Origin: Planctomycetales bacterium
Lineage (GTDB): Bacteria > 4484-113 > JAFGCY01
Reading direction: 5' to 3'
NCBI GenBank assembly: GCA_022646745.1
Contig: CP060262.1
Location: 720,001 to 752,000, forward strand
Length of the DNA stretch: 32,000 bases
Below, piece after piece: positions 1 through 8,817 of the stretch (its first letter is position 1; every line of letters starts with the position of its first letter). The notes under the pieces were generated by a model, which worked only from the letters and a program-made list of their open reading frames with translations, did no database searches and was not told the DNA's origin. A program made the translations under genes and the position numbers.

Positions 1-2592
1 CTCGCTGAATGCCAGTGCCCCGTCGGAGATGTCAATCGCCACAACACCATCCGCCGTACCATAGAACAGCAGGCTGCCACTGAGCACCAGTCCACTCGTT
101 GGCAGGGGATGGCTCTCCTGCCACACGTCCTGGCCCTGTTCATTGAGCCGATGCACCGTCCCGCTTTCCGTCACCACATAGGCCTGTGCATCATCATCTG
201 AAACTGGCACGGCAGCCGCCGCACTGTCAATTTCCTTGCTCCACAGCTCGGCCCCGGTGGCCTCAGTCAGGCAGAACACGCGGTGCGTGCCGCTCACCAG
301 GTTGCTGCCGTTGAGCAGCAGGCGGCGGAAGCTGAATGACGGTGCGCTGATTTCCTCATCGTCGTAGAATTCGTCCCAGGCAATGGACCCGTCGTCCTCG
401 AACATGGCAACGCCGCAGACGCCGGTGCCGCTGGAGGCGCTGCGCAGGCTCTCGGTCTTGCGCGTCGGCTCAAATACCGGAACATCGGTACGGAAGGTGA
501 TGCCGACGCGGCGGCGCTTCTGGGTCGGGCTGAGCGGAATCTCAGTCAGCACTGAGCTTGTCGCGCGGATGTCCGGGTCGTTGTCCAGCGGCCCGCCAAG
601 CGTCAGCTGCGGTTCGCCCGTCAGCTGCAGCTGGCCCTCCAGCCCGCTGAGCAGGCGGTCAAGCACGCTGGCATTGCCGGCCTGCATCGCGATGTTGAGC
701 CGGGACTCATTGAGCATCTGCCCGCGATCCACGAGGATCGTGCCGTCTGCGTTGTCAATCCCACCCAGCCGCGGCATGCTGATGAGGCTCAGCCGGCCAT
801 CGCTGCCGATCGCCGGGTTGAAATCGATGCGCACATCCTGCAGGCGCTCCATGTCAACGAGCGGGCTGGCCTTGAAGCGCTGTGTAAGGATGTTGTCAAA
901 GGAACGCACGCTGCCATCACCGAACAGTCCGGCGATGGTCGCCCCGCTGTCCAGCAGCTGGATCACCGGCTGGTCCACCGGCTGGCTGTCCGTTTCGCTG
1001 TTCGTTGCCGTGTCCCAGTCCACGATGCTCCATGAGCCGGAGTCATCATTGGCAACCAGCAGGCGGTCCTCCGTAGTGTCGGTGGTGAATGCGCCCCACA
1101 GTCCGCTGGCGGGCACGGCTGCCGCATCCATGCTGCCATCCGGCAGCCAGGACTGCAGGCTGGCACCATTCAGGTTGGCCCAGACACGGTCATCAGCACC
1201 CACGGCAAGCCGCGGATCGATGCCGCTGGAGCTCTGGATGCTCTGCGGGTTGAGCCCGGCGAAGTCCAGCGTGACGATAGAGTCGTCGGCCCCGTCCGTG
1301 CCCTTCAGCACCACGAACAGTCGCAGCCCGCTGGAGACGATGTTGCCCGGTGCCGGGGCGGCGAAATCATGCTCAAATGACTGCTGCACGCCGCTGCCGT
1401 TGATCAGGTGCAGGCCGAACACCAGGCCGCTGGCCGTCACGCCGGCGATGTTCTCCGTCGATGCATCCTTGAAGAAGGTGGCGGGGCGGGACAGCACGCG
1501 GCCGACGGCCTGCTGCTCCAGCACACTGCCTGTTGCATCAAGGAAGGTGTATCCGTTGTCATGCAGGGCCATCACGCCGAACTCGCCGCCGAAGTACTGC
1601 AGGTCGTTCACGCGCCAGCCGAGGTCCACGCTCCACAGCTCGCCACCGTTCTCATTGAGTTTCAATACGCGACCGTCGGTGGTGCCGAGGTAGTAGTTGT
1701 CATTTTCGTCGAAGGCCGGCGTGGTACTGTAGCCGAGGTTCAGTCCGCCGGTGTTGTACAGCACCTGTCCGTGGGTGCTGAAGTAGGTGTCACTCAGGCC
1801 GCTGTGCTGCGCGTCGCCACCGGCCATCGGCCAGCCGACGCTCTCTCCCGGCGGCTTGGTCTCATAACTGGCAATGCCCAGCTCGCGCACGCCGTTGGAT
1901 TCGAAATAGGGGCGGATGCCATAGGCATCGCCGGGGGCCAGGCTGTCCAGCTTGACCTCGAAGTAGACCTGCTTCGTCTCCGTCGGCAGGCTGATCGCGC
2001 TCGGCACCTTGGCCGTGATCGGCGTGCCCTCGCTGAAAAGCACTTCCGCCACCGGCTGGTAGCTGCCGAGGAACTGCGGTGTGGTGGTGTGCTCGACGAT
2101 GTAGCCGGTCACAGCGTTGCCGAAGTGCACGCCGATCGGGGTGATGTCAGCCAGGTTGACCTCGCCATTGCGGTCGCCGTCAGCCACTCCCTTGGTGAAC
2201 CAGCCGCTGCTGCCTTCAGTGGACTGGAATCCCACGCCGACGGGTGTCAGGTCGGAGATCGTCACCTGCCCGTTCAGGTCGTAGTCCCCGGTGTTCTGGT
2301 AATACCAGCCGACGAAGCTGCCGCCATCGCCGCTGTCCTCCGTGCCGATCTGGCTGACACGGTTGCCCAGCTCGCGCGGTGCCATGCTGACCTCACGGTC
2401 GCGTCCGGCTTCCACGCGCACCTGCTGCAGCTCATCCTGCATCTGTTGCCAGAGCGCACCATCCACGCCCTGCGGGACAGGCAGCGACTGCTGCTGCGGG
2501 TCAGGGCTGCTGGAGCCGCCGCCGCAGGAGGCGAACAGCAGGATGATGGCGGTGAGGCAGCCGCAGGCGGCCAGTCGACGCATCTGGATCAT
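1..2592 (-). CDS. Lipoprotein with two dockerin-like Ca-binding repeats followed by PQQ-like/BamB-like beta-propeller repeats. Only the N-terminal 864 codons are in the window; the ORF runs off the left edge.
   Basis: My own minus-strand translation (codons at 1-3, 4-6, ...) is open from 2592 to 1. It starts MIQMRRLAACGCLTAIILLFASCGGG (signal peptide plus lipobox FASC). Two repeats, GDYDLNGQVTISDLTPVG and DGDRNGEVNLADITPIG, look like dockerin/EF-hand repeats. Later come repeated propeller-type segments (GTTDGRVLKLNENGGELWSVDLG, ESGTVHRLNEQGQDVWQE, YGTADGVVAIDISDG). GGAG lies 7 nt upstream of ATG 2592. The ORF is absent from the track because it has no stop in the window. The + strand ORFs 383-1693 and 1408-2631 are its antisense shadows. 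Confidence 0.8.
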   Translation of the reverse strand, partial: MIQMRRLAACGCLTAIILLFASCGGGSSSPDPQQQSLPVPQGVDGALWQQMQDELQQVRVEAGRDREVSMAPRELGNRVSQIGTEDSGDGGSFVGWYYQNTGDYDLNGQVTISDLTPVGVGFQSTEGSSGWFTKGVADGDRNGEVNLADITPIGVHFGNAVTGYIVEHTTTPQFLGSYQPVAEVLFSEGTPITAKVPSAISLPTETKQVYFEVKLDSLAPGDAYGIRPYFESNGVRELGIASYETKPPGESVGWPMAGGDAQHSGLSDTYFSTHGQVLYNTGGLNLGYSTTPAFDENDNYYLGTTDGRVLKLNENGGELWSVDLGWRVNDLQYFGGEFGVMALHDNGYTFLDATGSVLEQQAVGRVLSRPATFFKDASTENIAGVTASGLVFGLHLINGSGVQQSFEHDFAAPAPGNIVSSGLRLFVVLKGTDGADDSIVTLDFAGLNPQSIQSSSGIDPRLAVGADDRVWANLNGASLQSWLPDGSMDAAAVPASGLWGAFTTDTTEDRLLVANDDSGSWSIVDWDTATNSETDSQPVDQPVIQLLDSGATIAGLFGDGSVRSFDNILTQRFKASPLVDMERLQDVRIDFNPAIGSDGRLSLISMPRLGGIDNADGTILVDRGQMLNESRLNIAMQAGNASVLDRLLSGLEGQLQLTGEPQLTLGGPLDNDPDIRATSSVLTEIPLSPTQKRRRVGITFRTDVPVFEPTRKTESLRSASSGTGVCGVAMFEDDGSIAWDEFYDDEEISAPSFSFRRLLLNGSNLVSGTHRVFCLTEATGAELWSKEIDSAAAAVPVSDDDAQAYVVTESGTVHRLNEQGQDVWQESHPLPTSGLVLSGSLLFYGTADGVVAIDISDGALAFSE

Positions 2593-2671
2593 GTCAAGCT
2601 CCGGCAGGAAAAGTACATAAGCTCGCAGTAATTCTAACAGCGACCCCCTTGCAGGGTCGCGAGGCAGGCAT

Positions 2672-2700
2672 AAAAAATGGGACGGCACAAGGCCATCCCA
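2672..2700 (-). terminator. Rho-independent terminator of sodA
   Basis: Minus-strand RNA reads UGGGAUGGC-CUUGU-GCCGUCCCA followed by UUUUUU: a 9-bp stem including one G-U pair. It lies 33 nt downstream of the sodA stop codon. Confidence 0.75.
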
Positions 2701-2732
2701 TCAATCGATCAGCTTTGCTGGCAGAGCCTGGA

Positions 2733-3347
2733 TCAGCCCTTGTGCTTGGCAAACTTCTCGGCGACCTTGTCCCAGTTGATGACGTTCCACCACGCGGCGA
2801 TGTAGTCCGGCCGGCGGTTCTGGTAATTCAGGTAGTAGGCATGCTCCCAGACATCGAGGCCGAGGATCGGCTTGTGTCCGATCATGTGCGGGCTGTCCTG
2901 GTTGGCGGTGCTGCCCACGTGCAGCTTGCCGCTGCCGTCCAGCCCGAGCCAGGCCCAGCCGCTGCCGAAGCGGGTGGCCGCCTGGTTGGAGAAGGCTTCC
3001 TTGAAGCCGTCAAACGAGCCGAACACTGAGTTAATGCCGTCCAGCAGGTCGCCTGACGGGGCACCGCCGCCGCCGGGCTTCATGGTCTTCCAGAACAGGC
3101 TGTGGTTGGCATGCCCGCCGCCGTTGTTGATCACGGCCTGGCGGATGTCCTCAGGGACGTCCTTGATGTTCTTCAGCAGCTCCCACACGCTCTTCTCCTG
3201 CAGCTCGGGATGGCCCTCAAGCGCGGAGTTCAGCTTGGCAACGTATCCCGCATGGTGCTTGCCATGGTGGATCTCCATCGTGCGGGCGTCAATGTAGGGC
3301 TCCAGCGCATCGAATGCGTAGGGCAGATCGGGCAGTACATGTGTCAT
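2733..3347 (-). CDS. sodA: Superoxide dismutase, Mn type (Fe/Mn SOD family)
   Basis: [32 protein letters not shown]..., [11 protein letters not shown] and [18 protein letters not shown] are Fe/Mn SOD signatures with Mn-type residues. Start set at ATG 3347 because GGAGGA (3354-3359) lies 6 nt upstream. The track start at 3389 adds 14 implausible residues. Confidence 0.95.
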   Translation of the reverse strand: MTHVLPDLPYAFDALEPYIDARTMEIHHGKHHAGYVAKLNSALEGHPELQEKSVWELLKNIKDVPEDIRQAVINNGGGHANHSLFWKTMKPGGGGAPSGDLLDGINSVFGSFDGFKEAFSNQAATRFGSGWAWLGLDGSGKLHVGSTANQDSPHMIGHKPILGLDVWEHAYYLNYQNRRPDYIAAWWNVINWDKVAEKFAKHKG

Positions 3348-3465
3348 CTTCATTCCTCCGCCTGTCTGATTGCAGTGGCCATCCCACAACGCGTGCCACC
3401 GCGGGCAGGCTTAATACTATCACCGAGCCTGCTGCGTTGTTTCATTGGCGACGGCCTGGCGGGCT

Positions 3466-4320
3466 TCAGGCAGCGGGCTGCTGCGGCAGTGACAGCCGGA
3501 AGCGCTGGCGCGCTGTGTCCACCTCTGGCCAGTCCTGCTCGATGATCGCGAGTACTTCGGCAATCATTCCATGCAGGTCAGCCACTGCGAGTTCCGGCGC
3601 GGCACTGAACAGTGCATTGATGCGCCGTTCCACGTCACGCGGACCGCTGCTGAACTTCGCTTCATACAGGGACAGGCGCTTGAACTCGCCGAAGTGGTAT
3701 ACGGAGTTCAGCGCGCACAGCAGGTGCAGCAGGTGGTTGGATTCCTCGACGAGGATCTGCTGGTAGTGCAGGATGTCACCACGCCGCCAGGCCATCTCGA
3801 GCGGTACCCAGGCCGGGAAGAAAATCAGGTGCGCCTGCAGCATCTTCACCGCCAGCTCACGCGGATAACTGGCAACGTAGTCCTTCAGCCAGGCGGCGGT
3901 CTCCTCGCCATGCAGTACTGATGCATCCACGATGCCGCTGGCGGCCTTCTGCATTGGCGACTCGTGGTTGTGGTTGATGAAGATGTCATCCATCCAGGCC
4001 TTCCAGTGTTCCAGCGAGGCGATGCCGAAGTCGTGCTTGATGCCATCGATGTGGAACGAGATCGCACAGCCCCCCTCGGCCGGGTCCCCGAAGAAGAAGA
4101 TCCAGTCCCCCCCGCCGAAGTGCTGCTTGAATTCCTCAAGCTGTTCGCGGCTGGGGACTTCATCGAAGTAGACCGCCATGTCCACATCACTGGCGGCATC
4201 GGCCAGCCCCTCTGCAACCGAGCCCGTCAGCAGCACGCAGCGCAGGCCCGGAAGTTTCGACAGTTCAGCGACACAGCGTCCGGCGGAAGCCAGACGGATT
4301 TCATTGTGATTGGTATCCAT
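3466..4320 (-). CDS. Nucleotidyltransferase-domain protein (Pol-beta-like NTase fold with a helical C-terminal domain)
   Basis: MDTNHNEIRLA...LLTGSVAEGLADAASDVDMAVYF carries the GS-x(n)-DxD NTase motif. I trimmed the track ORF (3466-4854) to ATG 4320. The upstream 178 residues are low-complexity S/R/P and overlap the convincing + strand gene at 4433. Confidence 0.75.
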   Translation of the reverse strand: MDTNHNEIRLASAGRCVAELSKLPGLRCVLLTGSVAEGLADAASDVDMAVYFDEVPSREQLEEFKQHFGGGDWIFFFGDPAEGGCAISFHIDGIKHDFGIASLEHWKAWMDDIFINHNHESPMQKAASGIVDASVLHGEETAAWLKDYVASYPRELAVKMLQAHLIFFPAWVPLEMAWRRGDILHYQQILVEESNHLLHLLCALNSVYHFGEFKRLSLYEAKFSSGPRDVERRINALFSAAPELAVADLHGMIAEVLAIIEQDWPEVDTARQRFRLSLPQQPAA

Positions 4321-4432
4321 GGCTTGTTTACACCGCGGCAGGACGGCAGGTTTCGCAGATGAAGGACAGCACTGCGCAGGTATTGCTATAAGCTGGTAAT
4401 GGTGCTGGCAGCGGCCAGCGGGGAGAACCTGG

Positions 4433-5653
4433 ATGAAAACCAACCGCAGATTGAGCATCCTGCTCTTGGGCCTGCTGCTGGCGGGCCTCGGGGCCTGCCG
4501 TGAAAGTGAACCGGCGGGAGCTGCCGAGCAGTACACCGGCTTCGAGAACCAGAGCGCGCCGAAGAAGGCGCTGGTGGCCGGCCAGACCGACGACCCGCGC
4601 CTGCGGGACATCAAGTTGCCGCCTGGTTTCCATATTGAGCTGTATGCCGAGGATGTGACCAGTGCACGCTGCCTGAAGCTCAGCCCGGATGGCACGCTGT
4701 TCGTCGGCAGCCGCGGAACCGACCATGTGTTCGCATTGCGGGACACGGATGGAGACTTCGTCGCGGACGAGAAGTTCAGCATCGGCAGCGGGCTGCGCAT
4801 GCCCGTCGGTGTCGAGTTCCGCGACGGAGACCTGTACGTCGCCGAGGTCAGCAAGGTCTGGCGCTATGACGACATCGAGTCCCGCCTGGCCAGCCCGCCG
4901 GACCCGGTGCTGATCGAACGCTACCCCAGTGACGAGCACCATGGCTGGAAGTACATCCGCTTCGGCCCGGACGGCCGGCTCTATGTCCCGGTCGGCGCAC
5001 CCTGCAATGTCTGCACGCGGGACAACCCGATCTACGCCTCCATCACGAGCATCGCAGCCGGCGGCGGCAGCCGGCAGATCGTGGCACAGGGTGTGCGCAA
5101 CACGGTCGGCTTCGACTGGAACCCTGTCAACGGAGAGCTGTGGTTCACTGACAACGGGCGCGACATGCTCGGTGACAACATGCCGCCGGACGAGCTGAAC
5201 CGGATCCCGGCAGGCAGCGGCGTGGATGACGACGCACCGCACTTCGGCTTCCCGTTCTACCATGCCGGTGACATCAAGGACCCGGAGTTCAGTGAGGGCA
5301 AGGGCAAGGCTGACTACATCGCACCTATGCAGAAGCTCGGGCCGCATGTGGCGGGGCTTGGCGTGCGCTTCTACACCGGCAGGATGTTCCCGCAGGAGTA
5401 CCACAACCAGGTCTTCATCGCGGAGCATGGCAGCTGGAACCGCTCGAGCAAGATCGGATACCGGGTGATGCTTGTCAGGCTCGACAAGGACGGTAATGCC
5501 GCATCCTATGAGCCCTTCGCCGAGGGCTGGCTCGGCAATGACGACAAGGTCAGCGGGCGCCCGGTGGCGATCGAGTTACTGCCGGATGGCAGCATGCTGC
5601 TCAGCGACGATTATGCCAACTGCATCTACCGTATCAGCTACAAGGGATCATGA
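4433..5653 (+). CDS. PQQ-dependent sugar (glucose/sorbosone) dehydrogenase family beta-propeller lipoprotein
   Basis: Signal peptide with lipobox LGAC (MKTNRRLSILLLGLLLAGLGAC). NTVGFDWNPVNGELWFTDNGRDMLGDNMPPDELN and AEHGSWNRS are typical of the soluble YliI/sorbosone dehydrogenase family. Confidence 0.85.
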   Translation: MKTNRRLSILLLGLLLAGLGACRESEPAGAAEQYTGFENQSAPKKALVAGQTDDPRLRDIKLPPGFHIELYAEDVTSARCLKLSPDGTLFVGSRGTDHVFALRDTDGDFVADEKFSIGSGLRMPVGVEFRDGDLYVAEVSKVWRYDDIESRLASPPDPVLIERYPSDEHHGWKYIRFGPDGRLYVPVGAPCNVCTRDNPIYASITSIAAGGGSRQIVAQGVRNTVGFDWNPVNGELWFTDNGRDMLGDNMPPDELNRIPAGSGVDDDAPHFGFPFYHAGDIKDPEFSEGKGKADYIAPMQKLGPHVAGLGVRFYTGRMFPQEYHNQVFIAEHGSWNRSSKIGYRVMLVRLDKDGNAASYEPFAEGWLGNDDKVSGRPVAIELLPDGSMLLSDDYANCIYRISYKGS

Positions 5654-5805
5654 GATGTGCTTGTACCGCCAGTCAGTATCCCGGTTAAGGGCTGTTTGAA
5701 GCGCGGTTGAATCGCGGTTGAGATTGGCAATTCTTGACGAACCGATAGTCAATCAGGTGCACAAACGGGTTAGCATTTGCAGCGGAAAACCGCACGGAGA
5801 AGCAA

Positions 5806-6489
5806 ATGTCAATCAACACCCTGCCGGACATCACCTCACTGTGGAAGCACAGCGACCCCGCAGCCAGCCAGGCTGCCTTCATGGAACTGATGCCAGGTGC
5901 CGAAACGGGCGGCAACATTTCCTTCAATGTCACCCTGCTCACCCAGGTTGCCCGGGCCCAGGGCCTGCAGCGCAACCATGAAGCTGCCAACGCCAGCCTG
6001 GACCGCGCCAAGCGCATGCTGGACGAAGGCAACCCGCAGGAACTGCAGCATGCACTGGTGAGCTACCTGCTGGAACGCGGCCGGGTCTACCGTGCCAGCG
6101 GTTATGAGGACCGTGCGGAGGACTACTTCCTGGAGGCCTATGAAATGGCCCTGGATGCCGAGGAAATTGCCATGGCAGTCGATGCCGCCCACATGCTGGG
6201 CCTGACACTGCAGGGTAAGGAATCGGTGGACTGGTTCAGCCGAGCCCTGAAGCATGCTTCCTCCGGCATCAATGCGCAGGTCCGTCGGTGGGAAGCCCCG
6301 CTGTGCGAACTGCTGGGCCGGATCTACGCCGAGGAAGGCCGCTCGGACGAGGCAAAGCGCTTGTTTGAGAGTGCGGTAATCCTGCGCAGCCGCCAGCCCG
6401 CACAAGCTCCCGAGAAGGAACTGCAGTGCAGCGGCGTGGCCTGTGCCTGCCCGGAAAGCGTCGCCGACGGCAGCCTGCTCGTGCCCTGA
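5806..6489 (+). CDS. TPR-like helical repeat protein without a signal peptide; paralog of the N-terminal half of the next gene
   Basis: GGAGAA lies 5 nt upstream of the ATG. TSLWKHSDPAASQAAFMELMPGAETGGN..LLTQVARAQGLQ..YLLERGRVY..FLEAYEMAL..DAAHMLG aligns by eye with residues of 6620-8104. Confidence 0.7.
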   Translation: MSINTLPDITSLWKHSDPAASQAAFMELMPGAETGGNISFNVTLLTQVARAQGLQRNHEAANASLDRAKRMLDEGNPQELQHALVSYLLERGRVYRASGYEDRAEDYFLEAYEMALDAEEIAMAVDAAHMLGLTLQGKESVDWFSRALKHASSGINAQVRRWEAPLCELLGRIYAEEGRSDEAKRLFESAVILRSRQPAQAPEKELQCSGVACACPESVADGSLLVP

Positions 6490-6510
6490 GCCTCCCTCAG
6501 CCGCATCATC

Positions 6511-6516
6511 TATAAT
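6511..6516 (+). promoter_or_regulatory. Candidate -10 box (TATAAT) upstream of the TPR-peroxiredoxin gene
   Basis: Perfect TATAAT in a GC-rich spacer, 104 nt upstream of ATG 6620. No convincing -35 box. Confidence 0.3.
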
Positions 6517-6619
6517 CCGCGCAGCGGCCGTTCAATCACGGGGGCCGTCCGGGCCAGCGCCTCTGCGGGGAAGCGCGCCGGCTGATTCCGGGCCAGATGG
6601 CCTTGAAGCGGAGAAGCTG

Positions 6620-8104
6620 ATGCATTGCCAACACCGGCTGCGGACATCACGGTCCCTGTTCAAGATCTGCCTGCTCAGCCTGCTGCTGTTCGCAGCAGTT
6701 GCCAGCCACTCGGCAGCCAATGCCCAGGCCGACATGAAAGCGGAGGACAAGATGGACAGCCACACCCAGCCTGACTTCACGACCCTGTGGGACTTCAATG
6801 ACGCTGCCGGCACCCGGGCGAAATTCGAGGAAATCCTGCCACTGGCCGAGACCAGCGGCAATGCTGCTTACCTCGCTGAACTACTGACACAGATCGCGCG
6901 TACATACGGTCTGCAGGGCAGCTTCGATGAGGCGCATGCCACGCTTGACCGGGTGGAGGGCATGCTCAGTGGCGACGGGATGGACAAGGCCCGCCTGCGC
7001 TACCTGCTGGAGCGCGGCCGTGCCTTCAATTCATCGAAGAAGCCGGAGCTGGCGCAGCCACTGTTCCTCGAAGCATACGAACTGGGTCTGACAACGGAAT
7101 TTGACGGCCTGACGATTGACGCGGCACACATGCTGGGGATCGTCACCAGCGGCGATGAATCACTGGAATGGAACCACAAGGCGCTGGAACTTGCTGAGAA
7201 AACCACTGATGAAAAGGCTGCCAACTGGAAGGGTGCCTTATACAACAACATGGGCTGGACCTACCTGGACAGCCATCGTCCCCAGGAAGCGCTTCATCTG
7301 TTCAAGAAAGGTGTCGATTTCCGCGAGGCGATGGGGCATGGCGAGCAGACCCGGATGATTGCGCACAGGACCGTGGCTCGCGCGCTCAGGGCACTCGGAC
7401 GCAATGACGAAGCGCTGGAGAAGCTCACGTACATCGCTGACAATTTCCCGGCCAGTGCCGAGGACGGCTTCTGGCATGAGGAACTGGGCGAGAATCTGCT
7501 GGCAACCGGTGATGCGGAAGGAGCCAAGGCTGCATTCACAACCGCTGTACCGATGCTGGAAGCGATGGGCTGGATTGCCACTGAATATCCGGGACGGATT
7601 GAACGCCTGCAGGCCATAATTGACACCGGCCTGCCGCTGCTGGAGATTGGCAGCCAGGCACCGGACTTCACCCTGCCCAACCAGGATGGCAAGGATGTCA
7701 GCCTGGCGGAGGTGCTGGCAAGCGGGCCGGTTGTGCTGGCGTTCTACAAGAAGGATGACACCGGTGGTTGAACGGCTGAGCTGGTTGAGTTCAACCGACT
7801 GAATGACGACTTTGACAAGCTTGGCGCAACGGTGGCGGGTATCAGCCCGGACAGCGTGGAGAGCCACGATTCATTCTGCAGTGCGCAGGGCTTTGGCTTT
7901 GACCTGCTGTCTGACGACGGCGGTACTGTCGGCAAGCAATACGGCACGTGGTCTGCGGAGGGCAGCCCGGGACGCGTAAGCTACGTGATCGGACAGGACG
8001 GCTATGTCGCTGGCTTCTTTGCCGGGGCACGTGACTTCGAGCAGCACAGCGCGGCAGCGCTGGAGATCCTCGGGAGAATGGCTGGCAAGGGTGGATCGGA
8101 GTGA
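6620..8104 (+). CDS. Secreted TPR-repeat / peroxiredoxin (Bcp/PrxQ-like, AhpC-TSA family) fusion protein with in-frame TGA (7769-7771) read as selenocysteine
   Basis: ATG 6620 has GGAG 6 nt upstream. Signal peptide MHCQHRLRTSRSLFKICLLSLLLFAAVASHSAANA-QA. The TPR part is paralogous to 5806-6489. It is followed by QAPDFTLPNQDGKDVSLAEVLASGPVVLAFYKKDDTGG-[TGA]-TAELVEFNRLNDDFDKLGATVAGISPDSVESHDSFCSAQGFGFDLLSDDGGTVGKQYG...RVSYVIGQDG. Track ORFs 6443-7771 and 7832-8104 are in the same frame and separated only by this TGA. Confidence 0.75.
7783..7796 (+). promoter_or_regulatory. Candidate bacterial SECIS apical hairpin (GGUUG-AGUU-CAACC) starting 11 nt after UGA 7769-7771
   Basis: 5-bp stem plus a U-G extension (7782/7797) and tetraloop AGUU. 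Same geometry and loop as the hairpin after the second TGA, with one compensatory pair change. Confidence 0.55.
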
Positions 8105-8817
8105 TCCAGATCCTGCAGCATCATGACTGCGAAGGGCCGGCCTATCTGGCAACGATGATGGCGGCGCGCGAGCTGGACTGGAAGGTGCTGCGCGCGGACC
8201 GCGGCGAGATCCCAAAGGACCTCAATGGCCTGGATGCGCTGGTCATCCTCGGCGGTCCGCAGAGTGTGAATCGCACCGACCTGTTTCCCTGGATGCGCCG
8301 TGAGATCGAGATCGTGCGCCTGGCGATTGATGCCGGCCTGCCTGTGCTCGGGATCTGCCTCGGGGCGCAGGTCGTGGCGACTGCCTGCGGGATGCAGGTT
8401 GTCAACTGCGACCACAAGGAGATCGGCTGGTTCCCGGTCAGGCGGCTGGCCAGCGGCAGCGAGGGCTGGTTCGCCGATGTGCCGGAGGAGTTCACATGCT
8501 TCCACTGGCATGGCGAGCGGATGATCCCGCATGAGGACATGCCGTCACTTGCCGCAACGGATGTGACGCCCTGCCAGGCATGCTCCCCGCTGCCGGGAGT
8601 GCTGGCCCTGCAGTTTCACCTCGAGGTGACGGAGGAAGCGATCCGGGCCATGGCCGCCGCATTCCATAAGGAAATGGCGGATGAGCTGATCGGGCTGGAC
8701 AGCCTGCTCTGGGAACTGCCGGAGCAGCTCGCCAACAGCCAGCGACTGGCGGATAATGTGATCGGCCGCTGGTTCGAGCGGGTGATGGCAAGAGATGCGT
8801 TTGGAGAAGCTGAATGA
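8101..8817 (+). CDS. Class I glutamine amidotransferase (GMP-synthase-like GATase1 domain protein)
   Basis: LPVLGICLGAQ (nucleophile Cys) and LQFHLE (His/Glu) motifs. The GTG start overlaps the stop of the upstream gene (GTGA). Its own stop overlaps the next ATG (ATGA), indicating translational coupling. Confidence 0.85.
   Translation: MIQILQHHDCEGPAYLATMMAARELDWKVLRADRGEIPKDLNGLDALVILGGPQSVNRTDLFPWMRREIEIVRLAIDAGLPVLGICLGAQVVATACGMQVVNCDHKEIGWFPVRRLASGSEGWFADVPEEFTCFHWHGERMIPHEDMPSLAATDVTPCQACSPLPGVLALQFHLEVTEEAIRAMAAAFHKEMADELIGLDSLLWELPEQLANSQRLADNVIGRWFERVMARDAFGEAE

Noticed and set aside
383-2631. Long + strand ORFs 383-1693 (436 aa) and 1408-2631 (407 aa)
   Set aside because: Their composition is extreme Ser/Arg/Ala/Pro or Ala/Gly/Val/His low complexity. 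They have no motifs and lie antisense to a convincing minus-strand lipoprotein ORF. These are typical shadow ORFs of a high-GC gene.
4321-4854. N-terminal extension of track ORF 3466-4854, and minus ORF 4328-5428
   Set aside because: The extension is S/R/P-rich and overlaps the PQQ-dehydrogenase gene on the other strand. The NTase homology begins at ATG 4320.
6443-6619. Upstream extensions of track ORFs (6443-6619 for the TPR-Prx gene; likewise 23467-24387 for PNP, 30771-31007 for the oxidoreductase, 28140-28271 for the SLH protein, 10149-10208 for WD40)
   Set aside because: The extensions overlap other genes or structured non-coding DNA and are not protein-like. In each case an internal ATG is preceded by an SD or -10 box and followed by the expected N-terminus (signal peptide or Rossmann motif).
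7766-7796. Alternative long-range pairing GGUUGAAC (containing the UGA) with GUUCAACC (copy 2: GUUCAGCC)
   Set aside because: It is possible (8 bp; copy 2 has one U-G). However, the A-to-G change is not compensated on the 5' arm. The local hairpin shows a true double compensatory change and the canonical 11-nt spacing. I kept the local hairpin as the primary model and would let a folding program decide.
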